Shown in pieces: positions 1 through 12,020 of a DNA stretch of 64,000 bases; position 1 is the stretch's first letter; each line of letters opens with the position of its first letter. The notes under the pieces were generated by a model. It saw only the letters and a program-made list of their open reading frames with translations, was not told the origin of the DNA and ran no database searches. A program made the position numbers and the translations under genes. This stretch comes from Escherichia coli 042 (GTDB lineage Bacteria; Pseudomonadota; Gammaproteobacteria; Enterobacterales; Enterobacteriaceae), in assembly GCF_000027125.1 (NCBI RefSeq), contig NC_017626.1, one strand, 5' to 3'.

Positions 1-985
1 GCGTTTTGCTTTTCTGACTCAGGGCGGAGCGGCACCAGAAACGCCAAATCCGCGCCTGCCACCACTCGATTCCGGCATTCTTGGCGGCTACATTGCGCCC
101 GATAATCTCACCATAACGTTATCGGTGGGCCACTCATTGTTTGATGAGCGCTTTGGCCTTGCGCCACAGATGCCGAAAAAGTTGCAGAAGATGACGCGTT
201 TCCCCAACGACTCGCTAGATGCAGCGTTATGTCATGGTGATGTGTTGCTACAAATTTGCGCCAACACCCAGGATACGGTGATCCATGCGCTGCGCGATAT
301 CATCAAACACACGCCGGATTTGCTCAGTGTGCGCTGGAAGCGGGAAGGGTTTATTTCCGATCACGCGGCGCGTAGTAAAGGCAAAGAGACGCCGATAAAT
401 TTGCTGGGTTTCAAAGACGGCACTGCCAATCCCGATAGCCAGAATGATAAGTTGATGCAACAAGTGGTGTGGGTGACGGCAGATCAGCAGGAGCCTGCGT
501 GGGCTATCGGCGGCAGCTACCAGGCGGTGCGGTTGATTCAGTTTCGGGTGGAATTTTGGGACAGAACGCCGCTGAAAGAACAGCAGACGATATTTGGGCG
601 TGATAAGCAAACCGGCGCGCCGCTGGGAATGCAGCATGAGCATGATGTGCCTGATTACGCCAGCGATCCGGAGGGGAAGGTGATCGCGCTGGACAGCCAT
701 ATCCGGCTGGCGAATCCCCGCACGGCGGAGAGTGAGTCCAGCCTGATGCTGCGTCGTGGCTACAGTTATTCACTGGGCGTCACCAACTCCGGACAACTGG
801 ATATGGGGCTACTGTTTGTCTGCTATCAACACGATCTGGAAAAAGGCTTCCTGACAGTACAAAAAAGGCTCAATGGCGAAGCGCTGGAGGAATACGTTAA
901 ACCTATCGGCGGCGGTTATTTTTTTGCGCTGCCGGGGGTGAAGGACACGAACGATTATCTCGGAAGCGCGTTATTGCGGGTTTAA
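1..985 (+). CDS. efeB: Dyp-type peroxidase EfeB, 5'-truncated by window edge (C-terminal ~328 codons present)
   Basis: Reading frame is open from position 2 to the stop at 985; the ORF-track M at 125 is internal. Translation matches the Dyp-peroxidase family. Confidence 0.85.
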   Translation, partial: RFAFLTQGGAAPETPNPRLPPLDSGILGGYIAPDNLTITLSVGHSLFDERFGLAPQMPKKLQKMTRFPNDSLDAALCHGDVLLQICANTQDTVIHALRDIIKHTPDLLSVRWKREGFISDHAARSKGKETPINLLGFKDGTANPDSQNDKLMQQVVWVTADQQEPAWAIGGSYQAVRLIQFRVEFWDRTPLKEQQTIFGRDKQTGAPLGMQHEHDVPDYASDPEGKVIALDSHIRLANPRTAESESSLMLRRGYSYSLGVTNSGQLDMGLLFVCYQHDLEKGFLTVQKRLNGEALEEYVKPIGGGYFFALPGVKDTNDYLGSALLRV

Positions 986-994
986 TGTTTTCAG

Positions 995-1125
995 GCGGAT
1001 AAGGCGTTCGTGCCGCACCAGGCGTTCGTGCGCTGATGCGACGCATGCGCGTCTTATCATGCCTACAATCGGTGCGGGTCGGTAGGCCGGATAAGGCGTT
1101 CACGCCGCATCCGGCAAGCTTTTAC
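995..1125. repeat. REP/BIME cluster (repetitive extragenic palindromes) in the efeB-phoH intergenic region
   Basis: Repeated GGATAAGGCGTTCGTGCCGCA / GCCGGATAAGGCGTTCACGCCGCATCCGGCA palindromic units. Confidence 0.8.
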
Positions 1126-1167
1126 CAGCCCTGCGAATCCTGCTGAAAGCACACAGTTTTTTTATCA

Positions 1168-1186
1168 CTGTCATCACTCTGTCATC
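1168..1186 (+). promoter_or_regulatory. Pho box (PhoB binding site) upstream of phoH
   Basis: Tandem CTGTCAT-N4-CTGTCAT direct repeat about 150 bp upstream of the phoH start. Confidence 0.7.
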
Positions 1187-1334
1187 TTTCCAGTAGAAAC
1201 TAATGTCACTGAAATGATGTTTTATAGTTAAATATAAGTGAATATAATGTTGCAATGAATGCGAGATCTGTTGTAATTATTAAGTAGCAGCGGAAGTTCC
1301 CGGCAGTGATAGTCAGTCACTATGGAGATCGCGG

Positions 1335-2399
1335 ATGGTAACGTCCTGTAGTGGACATGTTTTAGATAATCAACGCGCCACCACTCGCGGAGATTTCTCC
1401 TCCGGTAGTCATCTCGTCACTTTGCATTTTCAACCTCATCCTTTCTTTTCTTGTGTTACCGACGCCGTAAACGGTGCGCGTAGCCGTTTTTCGGCATTTT
1501 ATCCAAAAGCAAACTATGGCTTACAAGGAAGCCAACCCTCTGATGTTCGTGCGCATAATCGCGCTGCCAACGGCGCGTGTGATGAATACAAACAACTCAA
1601 GGTGCTCTCCATGGGAAGACAAAAAGTAGTGATCAAAGCTCGTCGCGAGGCAAAACGTGTGCTGAGACGGGATTCGCGCAGCCATAAGCAGCGTGAAGAA
1701 GAATCGGTCACCTCGCTTGTGCAGATGAGCGGCGTAGAAGCCATTGGTATGGCCCGCGACAGTCGCGATACCTCGCCCATCCTCGCGCGAAATGAAGCGC
1801 AATTGCACTATCTGAAGGCTATTGAGAGTAAGCAGCTGATATTCGCCACGGGCGAAGCCGGGTGCGGAAAAACCTGGATCAGCGCAGCAAAAGCGGCAGA
1901 GGCCCTGATACATAAGGATGTCGACAGGATTATCGTCACCCGTCCAGTTCTGCAAGCCGATGAAGATCTTGGCTTCTTACCTGGAGATATCGCAGAAAAG
2001 TTTGCTCCCTATTTTCGTCCGGTCTACGACGTGCTGGTCCGGCGCTTAGGGGCTTCTTTTATGCAGTACTGCCTGCGACCGGAAATAGGGAAGGTGGAAA
2101 TTGCGCCGTTCGCCTATATGCGTGGACGTACCTTTGAAAATGCAGTCGTCATTCTTGACGAGGCGCAGAATGTGACTGCCGCGCAAATGAAAATGTTTTT
2201 AACCCGCCTCGGGGAGAACGTGACGGTTATCGTCAACGGTGATATCACGCAATGCGATTTGCCTCGCGGCGTGTGCTCCGGATTAAGTGACGCGCTGGAA
2301 CGTTTCGAAGAAGATGAAATGGTCGGCATCGTCCGATTCGGTAAAGAGGATTGCGTACGTTCGGCACTTTGCCAACGTACGCTACATGCATACAGTTAA
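1335..2399 (+). CDS. phoH: PhoH, phosphate-starvation-inducible ATPase
   Basis: 354-aa ORF with Walker A motif GEAGCGKT; PhoH family. Confidence 0.9.
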   Translation: MVTSCSGHVLDNQRATTRGDFSSGSHLVTLHFQPHPFFSCVTDAVNGARSRFSAFYPKANYGLQGSQPSDVRAHNRAANGACDEYKQLKVLSMGRQKVVIKARREAKRVLRRDSRSHKQREEESVTSLVQMSGVEAIGMARDSRDTSPILARNEAQLHYLKAIESKQLIFATGEAGCGKTWISAAKAAEALIHKDVDRIIVTRPVLQADEDLGFLPGDIAEKFAPYFRPVYDVLVRRLGASFMQYCLRPEIGKVEIAPFAYMRGRTFENAVVILDEAQNVTAAQMKMFLTRLGENVTVIVNGDITQCDLPRGVCSGLSDALERFEEDEMVGIVRFGKEDCVRSALCQRTLHAYS

Positions 2400-2417
2400 G
2401 TGTATTATCGGCGCAGA

Positions 2418-2446
2418 GCCCGGGCGAACCGGGCTTTGTTTTATTT
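2418..2446 (+). terminator. Rho-independent terminator after phoH
   Basis: GCCCGGGCGAACCGGGC hairpin followed by a T-run. Confidence 0.7.
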
Positions 2447-2985
2447 CATTAACAGCAAAGACTTTCACTTCAGGTTAACGTTCAGGGGGGCGACTTTGAG
2501 CGTGTTGATAAGCTGAAATGAATTCTGGTTTAGATACTCTTACCAGGCATTTTTCGTCATAGCACCCGACCAGTGTAATGCCGCCAGCGCGGAGAGTTTT
2601 TCTTCCAGAAGCCCAAAAAGCGAGTATCTGCCTATCTTTTTCCAGCCATTCAACCTGTACAGGAGGTCTGGTGCCAATTTTGCGTATGAGGTTTAATCAA
2701 CAATGGGCCAAAATTTGACTGACTGATTAACACCGAATATATTCTCCTGATTTTTTTTAGGGATAATATTAAAAATATAAGGTTAATCTTAATTAATTTT
2801 TTGGCTAATATTGTGTGTTGTTATTTTTTGTGGACGGCAAGCCGCAATGGCAAAATAGGGATGGTTGTAATAATCAAAACATGATACTAACTATATATAG
2901 ATCGTTGAATTGTTGGCATGTAACTCGCTACAGCGAGTAGCGTTAGTAATGAAATATAATCAACATGGATAGGTGAAGATTAATT

Positions 2986-3672
2986 ATGAGCTTTATGGTT
3001 TTTGTAACTTGTTTGACAATTGCATTTGTCGCCGGTTTTGCTGTTGCCAGAAAATTGACACTCCGAAAAGTTGCCTCATCGGTAATCATCACTAAATCGC
3101 AACCAGTCCCTTCCTCTGCAACTTCCCCTGCTGCTAAGGCGTCGACAAGGAGCTATACACCGCAGAAAACCTATCGTGACTCTCGTTGGCAAGAACGAGA
3201 TGAGTTATTTCAGGGAATGGTTGCCGAAGGTATTTTATTGGAAGGAAAAGAGTGGTTAATTACGCGTTGTGAAAAAATCTATTTTGATAATCTGGAGAAA
3301 TGGTTTGGACATTATTGTCATATCCATTGCCAGGTCTCTCTGGGGCGCTTGATCAACTTTCCAGAACAACCCGAGTTTAGCGAAGAAGAAAGAAAGCGTT
3401 TCTTTGCAATTTATAATGGAATGGCAATGGATTATGTTCTGGTTTCAAAGAAGAACAACAAAATAGTCTGTGTTATTGAGCTGGATGATCCGAGTCATGA
3501 AAGGGCAGATCGCATTATTCGTGACCGTTGGTTGAATACGATTATGACTATTGCACGGGTGCCTTTTGTACGAGCTTCTGTCACTAAATTGGATGAAATC
3601 CCTCCGGTCTGGGATACCCGTGACAAAATTCGCCCATTAGCCGTGGCGACAAAGGGTGAACCGTTGCATTAA
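2986..3672 (+). CDS. Hypothetical membrane-anchored protein with a C-terminal DUF2726-like (PD-(D/E)xK nuclease-like) domain
   Basis: 228-aa ORF. N-terminal hydrophobic helix (FMVFVTCLTIAFVAGFAVA), then a Ser/Thr/Pro-rich linker, then a C-terminal domain with the motif VIELDDPSHERADRIIRDRW. Preceded by about 300 bp of AT-rich DNA. Family assignment is from motif recall only. Confidence 0.6.
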   Translation: MSFMVFVTCLTIAFVAGFAVARKLTLRKVASSVIITKSQPVPSSATSPAAKASTRSYTPQKTYRDSRWQERDELFQGMVAEGILLEGKEWLITRCEKIYFDNLEKWFGHYCHIHCQVSLGRLINFPEQPEFSEEERKRFFAIYNGMAMDYVLVSKKNNKIVCVIELDDPSHERADRIIRDRWLNTIMTIARVPFVRASVTKLDEIPPVWDTRDKIRPLAVATKGEPLH

Positions 3673-3765
3673 CTAATGTACCCCGGTCGGGGCTTCTCAT
3701 CCCCCCGGTGTGTGCAATATACGAAAAAAAAAGCCCGTACCTTCGTACGAGCTCTTCTTTAAAGA

Positions 3766-3853
3766 TGGCGGTGAGGGGGGGATTCGAACCCCCGATACGT
3801 TGCCGTATACACACTTTCCAGGCGTGCTCCTTCAGCCACTCGGACACCTCACC
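3766..3853 (-). tRNA. serX: tRNA-Ser (anticodon GGA)
   Basis: Minus-strand 88-nt sequence GGTGAGGTGTCCGAGTGGCTGAAGG...GGTTCGAATCCCCCCCTCACCGCCA, with long variable arm and CCA end. Confidence 0.9.
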
Positions 3854-4047
3854 AAATTGTCGTTCCTGTCTTGCTGGAACGGGCGCTAATTTAGGGAAAT
3901 CATGACCTGAGGTCAACAAACTTTTTTAAAAAATCGCGCGTTTATTCAAACTTCAATCAATATGCAGTTTTAATAAGCGAAATCTGCTTTTTTTGCCACC
4001 GACCACGGATTTGTTATGCTGGTGGTCTTTGTAGATCATAACGATAA

Positions 4048-5025
<978 letters not shown>

Positions 5026-5079
5026 TAAAGCATCAGGTTTCCTGCTATCCTTGGCGGGAATTGAATACAGGAGAGAGTT

Positions 5080-5817
5080 ATGTATCCCGTCGACCTTCAT
5101 ATGCATACCGTTGCCAGCACGCATGCATATAGCACATTGAGTGATTACATTGCCCAGGCCAAACAAAAGGGCATTAAACTTTTTGCGATCACCGATCATG
5201 GCCCGGATATGGAAGATGCGCCGCATCACTGGCACTTCATTAACATGCGTATCTGGCCGCGAGTGGTTGATGGGGTTGGGATCCTGCGCGGCATCGAAGC
5301 TAACATTAAAAATGTTGACGGTGAAATTGACTGCAGTGGCAAAATGTTTGATTCGCTGGATCTGATTATTGCCGGTTTTCATGAGCCGGTGTTTGCGCCG
5401 CATGACAAAGCGACTAATACGCAAGCGATGATCGCCACTATCGCCAGCGGCAATGTGCATATAATAAGCCATCCCGGAAATCCGAAATATGAAATAGATG
5501 TTAAAGCCGTTGCTGAAGCAGCTGCGAAACATCAGGTGGCGCTGGAAATCAATAATTCCTCATTTTTACACTCACGTAAGGGCAGTGAAGACAACTGTCG
5601 TGCGGTAGCCGCAGCGGTACGTGACGCTGGAGGTTGGGTGGCATTAGGTTCGGATTCTCACACCGCGTTTACCATGGGTGAATTTGAAGAGTGTCTTAAA
5701 ATCCTCGACGCGGTAGATTTTCCGCCAGAGCGCATTTTGAATGTTTCTCCGCGCCGCTTACTGAACTTCCTTGAATCTCGCGGTATGGCACCGATTGCGG
5801 AATTTGCAGACCTTTAA
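5080..5817 (+). CDS. ycdX: PHP-family phosphatase YcdX
   Basis: 245 aa, HMHT metal-binding motif typical of the PHP domain. Confidence 0.88.
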
Positions 5818-5840
5818 TTACTAGTAATGGAAATATATTA

Positions 5841-6395
5841 ATGAACGAGTTTTCTATCCTCTGTCGTGTGCTGGGTTCGCTCTATTACCGCCAACCGCAA
5901 GATCCTTTACTGGTGCCGCTGTTTACCCTGATTCGTGAGGGGAAACTGGCTGCGAACTGGCCACTGGAGCAGGATGAGTTACTGACGCGTTTACAGAAAA
6001 GCTGTGATATGGCGCAAGTCTCTGCCGATTACAATGCGTTGTTTATCGGCGATGAATGTGCTGTGCCGCCATATCGTAGCGCATGGGTTGAGGGCGCGAC
6101 GGAAGCGGAAGTGCGCGCTTTTCTTTCCGAACGGGGGATGCCATTAGCGGATACGCCAGCCGATCACATCGGCACATTGCTGCTCGCGGCTTCCTGGCTG
6201 GAAGATCAGTCAACGGAAGATGAGAGCGAAGCACTGGAAACACTGTTCAGTGAGTATCTGTTACCCTGGTGTGGTGCGTTCCTTGGCAAAGTGGAGGCCC
6301 ATGCAACTACGCCTTTCTGGCGCACCATGGCACCGCTAACCCGCGATGCTATTAGTGCAATGTGGGACGAGCTGGAAGAAGATTCTGAAGAGTAA
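5841..6395 (+). CDS. ycdY: Chaperone-like protein YcdY (TorD family)
   Basis: 184 aa, immediately downstream of ycdX. Confidence 0.85.
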   Translation: MNEFSILCRVLGSLYYRQPQDPLLVPLFTLIREGKLAANWPLEQDELLTRLQKSCDMAQVSADYNALFIGDECAVPPYRSAWVEGATEAEVRAFLSERGMPLADTPADHIGTLLLAASWLEDQSTEDESEALETLFSEYLLPWCGAFLGKVEAHATTPFWRTMAPLTRDAISAMWDELEEDSEE

Positions 6396-6496
6396 ATGTG
6401 ATCTGTATCACTCATAACTGCAACAGATAATTTGTTGTTGCATAAAATGTGTGCTCGATCTCATTCATGGCCGCGTTTTCTGCTATCATGCGCGGC

Positions 6497-6988
6497 ATGA
6501 ACATACTTCTCTCTATTGCAATCACAACAGGCATTCTCTCCGGTATCTGGGGATGGGTGGCTGTTTCCCTGGGCTTACTAAGCTGGGCGGGCTTCCTGGG
6601 CTGTACGGCCTACTTTGCCTGCCCGCAAGGTGGGCTGAAAGGGCTGGCGATCTCCGCTGCAACCCTGCTTAGTGGCGTGGTGTGGGCGATGGTCATTATT
6701 TACGGTAGTGCACTGGCACCACATCTGGAAATTCTCGGTTATGTCATAACCGGTATTGTCGCGTTTCTGATGTGTATTCAGGCGAAACAGCTGCTGCTTT
6801 CATTTGTTCCGGGGACGTTTATAGGCGCATGCGCGACGTTTGCCGGGCAGGGTGACTGGAAACTGGTGTTACCTTCGCTGGCGCTTGGACTGGTATTTGG
6901 TTACGCAATGAAAAACAGCGGCCTGTGGCTGGCGGCGCGTAGTACGAAGACCGCTCACCGTGAGCAGCAAATCAAAAATAAAGCGTGA
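6497..6988 (+). CDS. ycdZ: Inner-membrane protein YcdZ (DUF1097)
   Basis: Polytopic hydrophobic ORF; start trimmed to MNILLSIAITTG. Confidence 0.8.
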   Translation: MNILLSIAITTGILSGIWGWVAVSLGLLSWAGFLGCTAYFACPQGGLKGLAISAATLLSGVVWAMVIIYGSALAPHLEILGYVITGIVAFLMCIQAKQLLLSFVPGTFIGACATFAGQGDWKLVLPSLALGLVFGYAMKNSGLWLAARSTKTAHREQQIKNKA

Positions 6989-7051
6989 GGGGCACTCACG
7001 CTTTCGCTTAAACAGTAAAATGCCGGATGATAATTCCGGCATTTTTATCTA

Positions 7052-7885
7052 TCAGGATTCCGGTGGAACCGACATATGGCGGTATTTCACCAGAATGTCA
7101 TTCTGCCGTTCTGCTTTATTTTGCAAATCCCACAGACCACGGTCGATACCATCATTAATCAGGAAAATGACCCCTGTTTCGATAGCCGACATCAGGCACA
7201 GCATCACGGGTTCGTTCGAGGTGTAACCCACTTCCCCTTCCAGCAAGCGCTGATAGTCAATAAAGCGGAAAACCCCGGCCTGAACTTCATAGGAAAGTAT
7301 CGTCTTACTGGTGTTCACCGAGGAGAGGATCTCACCGGTACTCACATTGACGACGCGCAGGTTCACGGCAATCTGATCGAGCTGGTATTGCGTGTCGGCA
7401 CCGATCCCAAAATATCTTGCCCCAACACCGCCCGATTTAACGTTGCTTTCATAACCGATAATCGAACCTTCAACCATGATATTTGCCGCCGTTAAAGATT
7501 GCAGCGGGATTCGGTTATTAATGGCAACCGTGCCGTTTTCTTGTGCCGCACGAATAATCTTGCGCTCGTTAAGCAGGTTTTGTAAGCCCTGGCGCTCCAG
7601 CGGTATAAACCAGCGAGAATCTTTCAATGCCGTGACCAGCATTGCCGTGGCGCTTTGCGGAACAGCAGTGGAGAAGTTACTTGCCGGGTAAGGTTTAAAT
7701 TGCCCGGTTTCGTCCTGAATGTTGTATACCGAAACAAAGATCTTACCCGTCGGCGCTGGCAGATGGGTCAAATCTTTGTAGCTCTGAGCACGAGGCATTA
7801 ATGTCGGTCTGGCGGCTTCTTTAGGCGGGGCGGTTAAGCATCCGCTCAGTAACATGACGGCAACCAAAAGAAATAAGCGCTGCAT
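7052..7885 (-). CDS. csgG: Curli secretion channel lipoprotein CsgG
   Basis: 277 aa, lipoprotein signal (LLSGC), last gene of csgDEFG. Confidence 0.92.
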   Translation of the reverse strand: MQRLFLLVAVMLLSGCLTAPPKEAARPTLMPRAQSYKDLTHLPAPTGKIFVSVYNIQDETGQFKPYPASNFSTAVPQSATAMLVTALKDSRWFIPLERQGLQNLLNERKIIRAAQENGTVAINNRIPLQSLTAANIMVEGSIIGYESNVKSGGVGARYFGIGADTQYQLDQIAVNLRVVNVSTGEILSSVNTSKTILSYEVQAGVFRFIDYQRLLEGEVGYTSNEPVMLCLMSAIETGVIFLINDGIDRGLWDLQNKAERQNDILVKYRHMSVPPES

Positions 7886-7911
7886 GATTATTTTCCTTAT
7901 GAAGCTGGGGC

Positions 7912-8328
7912 TTAAAAATCGGTTGAGTTATTTTGTAAACCCGAAACCTGGATGGTCGAGGTTTGTCCGGTTTTACGATCTGTCACGTTCAACTGCAATT
8001 GACCATCGCGGTTAGCAATATCAACAATATAATCGTTGGTCACCATGCGGCCCGGTTTACCGGTATTAATATTCGACAGTAGCCCACCTAAAATTTGTGA
8101 CTGGATGGCCTGAGTAAAGTTATCTAACGCTGAGGGTGTTTCAATACCATAGTCATCGTTATAGCTCGGATCTTTATACGAGTTTTGTGCCTGGGCGCTA
8201 TTTAATAAAAAAGCGCCATTATTTGGGTTACCACCAAAGTTTGGATTACGGAACTGAAAAGTCATGGTTCCAGCCCAACTTAATGGCGAAATAAGCATGA
8301 GTAGAACTACTGCATGTTTGACACGCAT
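7912..8328 (-). CDS. csgF: Curli assembly protein CsgF
   Basis: 138 aa with signal peptide. Confidence 0.92.
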   Translation of the reverse strand: MRVKHAVVLLMLISPLSWAGTMTFQFRNPNFGGNPNNGAFLLNSAQAQNSYKDPSYNDDYGIETPSALDNFTQAIQSQILGGLLSNINTGKPGRMVTNDYIVDIANRDGQLQLNVTDRKTGQTSTIQVSGLQNNSTDF

Positions 8329-8352
8329 TGCAGCCTCCGAACAATTTTTTAT

Positions 8353-8742
8353 TTAGAATTCATCATGCGCCAAATCGCCCGTACTTAATAACGCCTGATT
8401 TATCTGGCGACGATTTAGTGCTTCTTCAGTTTGAATCAGTGCAAAGACGACAGTTTTTTCGAAGTCTCTTTTCAACGGGAATAAAAAAGTCTGGAAAATA
8501 ACGTCCTGATTGACCGTTATAGTGATCCAGCTTCCCCATCGTGCACTGGGCCTTTCATTAATCGTTAAGTTACCCGTATAGTCACTTTCCCATTTATCAC
8601 TAAAGGCTCGGTAAAAATCATGGCCAATAGATGAAACAGTATGGTCAGTTAACAATCCCGGGACTTCTACCTCAACGGCGTGAAGATTCCCTGCGGCGAA
8701 CAGAAATTCTGCCGCCACAATCCAGCGTAAATAACGTTTCAT
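8353..8742 (-). CDS. csgE: Curli secretion specificity factor CsgE
   Basis: 129 aa with signal peptide. Confidence 0.92.
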
Positions 8743-8746
8743 GGCT

Positions 8747-9397
<651 letters not shown>

Positions 9398-10151
9398 GAT
9401 GAAACCCCGCTTTTTTTATTGATCGCACACCTGACAGCTGCCTCTAAAATAGAAGCACCAGAAGTACTGACAGATGTTGCACTGCTGTGTGTAGTAATAA
9501 ATCAGCCCTAAATGGGTAAAATATAAAACTAATGGATTACATCTGATTTCAATCTAGCCATTACAAATCTTAAATCAAGTGTTAAACATGTAACTAAATG
9601 TAACTCGTTATATTAAAATGTTAAACTTAAGGTTTTATTAAGTTTAGAAATGATAGAAAAGTTGTACATTTGGTTTTTATTGCACAATTTTAAAAAATCA
9701 TACAAATGGTGCTAACTTACTAATAATGCATATAAAAAATATTTCGGTGTAGTCCTTTCGTCATGTAAAACGTTCTTGTTTTTTCTTCACACCTCCGTGG
9801 ACAATTTTTTACTGCAAAAAGACGAGGTTTGTCACGGCTTGTGCGCAAGACATATCGCAGCAATCAGCGACGGGCAAGAAGAATGGCTGTCTGGTGATTT
9901 TTGATTGCGGAAAACGGAGATTTAAAAGAAAACAAAATATTTTTTTGCGTAGATAACAGCGTATTTACGTGGGTTTTAATACTTTGGTATGAACAAAAAA
10001 AGAAAAATACAACGCGCGGGTGAGTTATTAAAAATATTTCCGCAGACATACTTTCCATCGTAACGCAGCGTTAACAAAATACAGGTTGCGTTAACAACCA
10101 AGTTGAAATGATTTAATTTCTTAAGTGTACGACCAGGTCCAGGGTGACAAC
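9398..10151. promoter_or_regulatory. csgD–csgB divergent intergenic regulatory region (csgDEFG and csgBAC promoters, long csgD 5' UTR)
   Basis: About 750 bp of AT-rich non-coding DNA between divergent operons. Established knowledge: one of the most heavily regulated E. coli promoter regions (OmpR, CpxR, IHF, H-NS, RpoS; several sRNAs target the csgD leader). Confidence 0.8.
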
Positions 10152-10607
10152 ATGAAAAACAAATTGTTATTTATGATGTTAACAATACTGGGTGCGCCTG
10201 GGATTGCAGCCGCAGCAGGTTATGATTTAGCTAATTCAGAATATAACTTCGCGGTAAATGAATTGAGTAAGTCTTCATTTAATCAGGCAGCCATAATTGG
10301 TCAAGCTGGGACTAATAATAGTGCTCAGTTACGGCAGGGAGGCTCAAAACTTTTGGCGGTTGTTGCGCAAGAAGGTAGTAGCAATCGGGCAAAGATTGAC
10401 CAGACAGGAGATTATAACCTTGCATATATTGATCAGGCGGGCAGTGCCAACGATGCCAGTATTTCGCAAGGTGCTTATGGTAATACTGCGATGATTATCC
10501 AGAAAGGTTCTGGTAATAAAGCAAATATTACACAGTATGGTACTCAAAAAACGGCAATTGTAGTGCAGAGACAGTCGCAAATGGCAATTCGCGTGACACA
10601 ACGTTAA
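10152..10607 (+). CDS. csgB: Minor curlin / nucleator CsgB
   Basis: 151 aa; start trimmed to MKNKLLFMMLTILG; imperfect amyloid repeats. Confidence 0.92.
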   Translation: MKNKLLFMMLTILGAPGIAAAAGYDLANSEYNFAVNELSKSSFNQAAIIGQAGTNNSAQLRQGGSKLLAVVAQEGSSNRAKIDQTGDYNLAYIDQAGSANDASISQGAYGNTAMIIQKGSGNKANITQYGTQKTAIVVQRQSQMAIRVTQR

Positions 10608-10647
10608 TTACTATTCGACTTTTAAATCAATCCGATGGGGGTTTTAC

Positions 10648-11103
10648 ATGAAACTTTTAAAAGTAGCAGCAATTGCAGCAATCGTATTCTCCGGTAGCGC
10701 TCTGGCAGGTGTTGTTCCTCAGTACGGCGGCGGCGGTAACCACGGTGGTGGCGGTAATAATAGCGGCCCAAATTCAGAGCTGAACATTTACCAGTACGGT
10801 GGCGGTAACTCTGCACTTGCTCTGCAAGCTGACGCCCGTAACTCTGATCTGACCATTACCCAGCACGGCGGCGGTAACGGCGCAGATGTTGGCCAAGGTT
10901 CTGATGACAGCTCAATCGATCTGACTCAGCGTGGCTTCGGTAACAGCGCTACTCTTGATCAGTGGAATGGTAAAGATTCTACTATGACTGTTAAACAGTT
11001 CGGTGGCGGTAACGGTGCTGCTGTTGACCAGACTGCATCTAACTCCAGCGTTAACGTCACTCAGGTTGGCTTTGGTAACAACGCGACCGCTCATCAGTAC
11101 TAA
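10648..11103 (+). CDS. csgA: Major curlin subunit CsgA
   Basis: 151 aa, signal peptide plus five imperfect Q/N-rich repeats (S-x5-Q-x-G-x-G-N-x-A). Confidence 0.95.
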   Translation: MKLLKVAAIAAIVFSGSALAGVVPQYGGGGNHGGGGNNSGPNSELNIYQYGGGNSALALQADARNSDLTITQHGGGNGADVGQGSDDSSIDLTQRGFGNSATLDQWNGKDSTMTVKQFGGGNGAAVDQTASNSSVNVTQVGFGNNATAHQY

Positions 11104-11124
11104 TACATCCTCTGTATTAAAGAA

Positions 11125-11149
11125 ACAGGGCGCAAGCCCTGTTTTTTTT
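11125..11149 (+). terminator. Rho-independent terminator after csgA
   Basis: CAGGGCGCAAGCCCTG hairpin followed by T8. Confidence 0.75.
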
Positions 11150-11161
11150 CGGGAGAAGAAT

Positions 11162-11545
<384 letters not shown>

Positions 11546-11546
11546 G

Positions 11547-11926
<380 letters not shown>

Positions 11927-12020
11927 GTTTCTGAACAACTCACCTTGCTGAGCAGAAAAATGCGATTTAACCAAAAAGCCTGCTGTACACTTAAGAAACA
12001 AGAAGGTGTAAGGAGGCGTT

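Noticed and set aside
125-985. ORF-track start of efeB at the M at position 125
   Set aside because: The reading frame is open back to the window edge and continues the EfeB sequence; the gene is 5'-truncated by the window, not started at 125.
2700-2990. AT-rich segment inspected for CRISPR-like or tandem repeats
   Set aside because: No regularly spaced direct repeats; only simple AT-rich sequence with short homopolymer tracts. No CRISPR array anywhere in the window.
3770-3781. G-rich homopolymeric run (GGGGGGG)
   Set aside because: It is the complement of the T-arm/acceptor stem of tRNA-Ser, not a slippage tract or G-quadruplex element.
7076-7495. 139-aa plus-strand ORF
   Set aside because: Antisense to csgG, which is a well-supported conserved gene; no independent signals.
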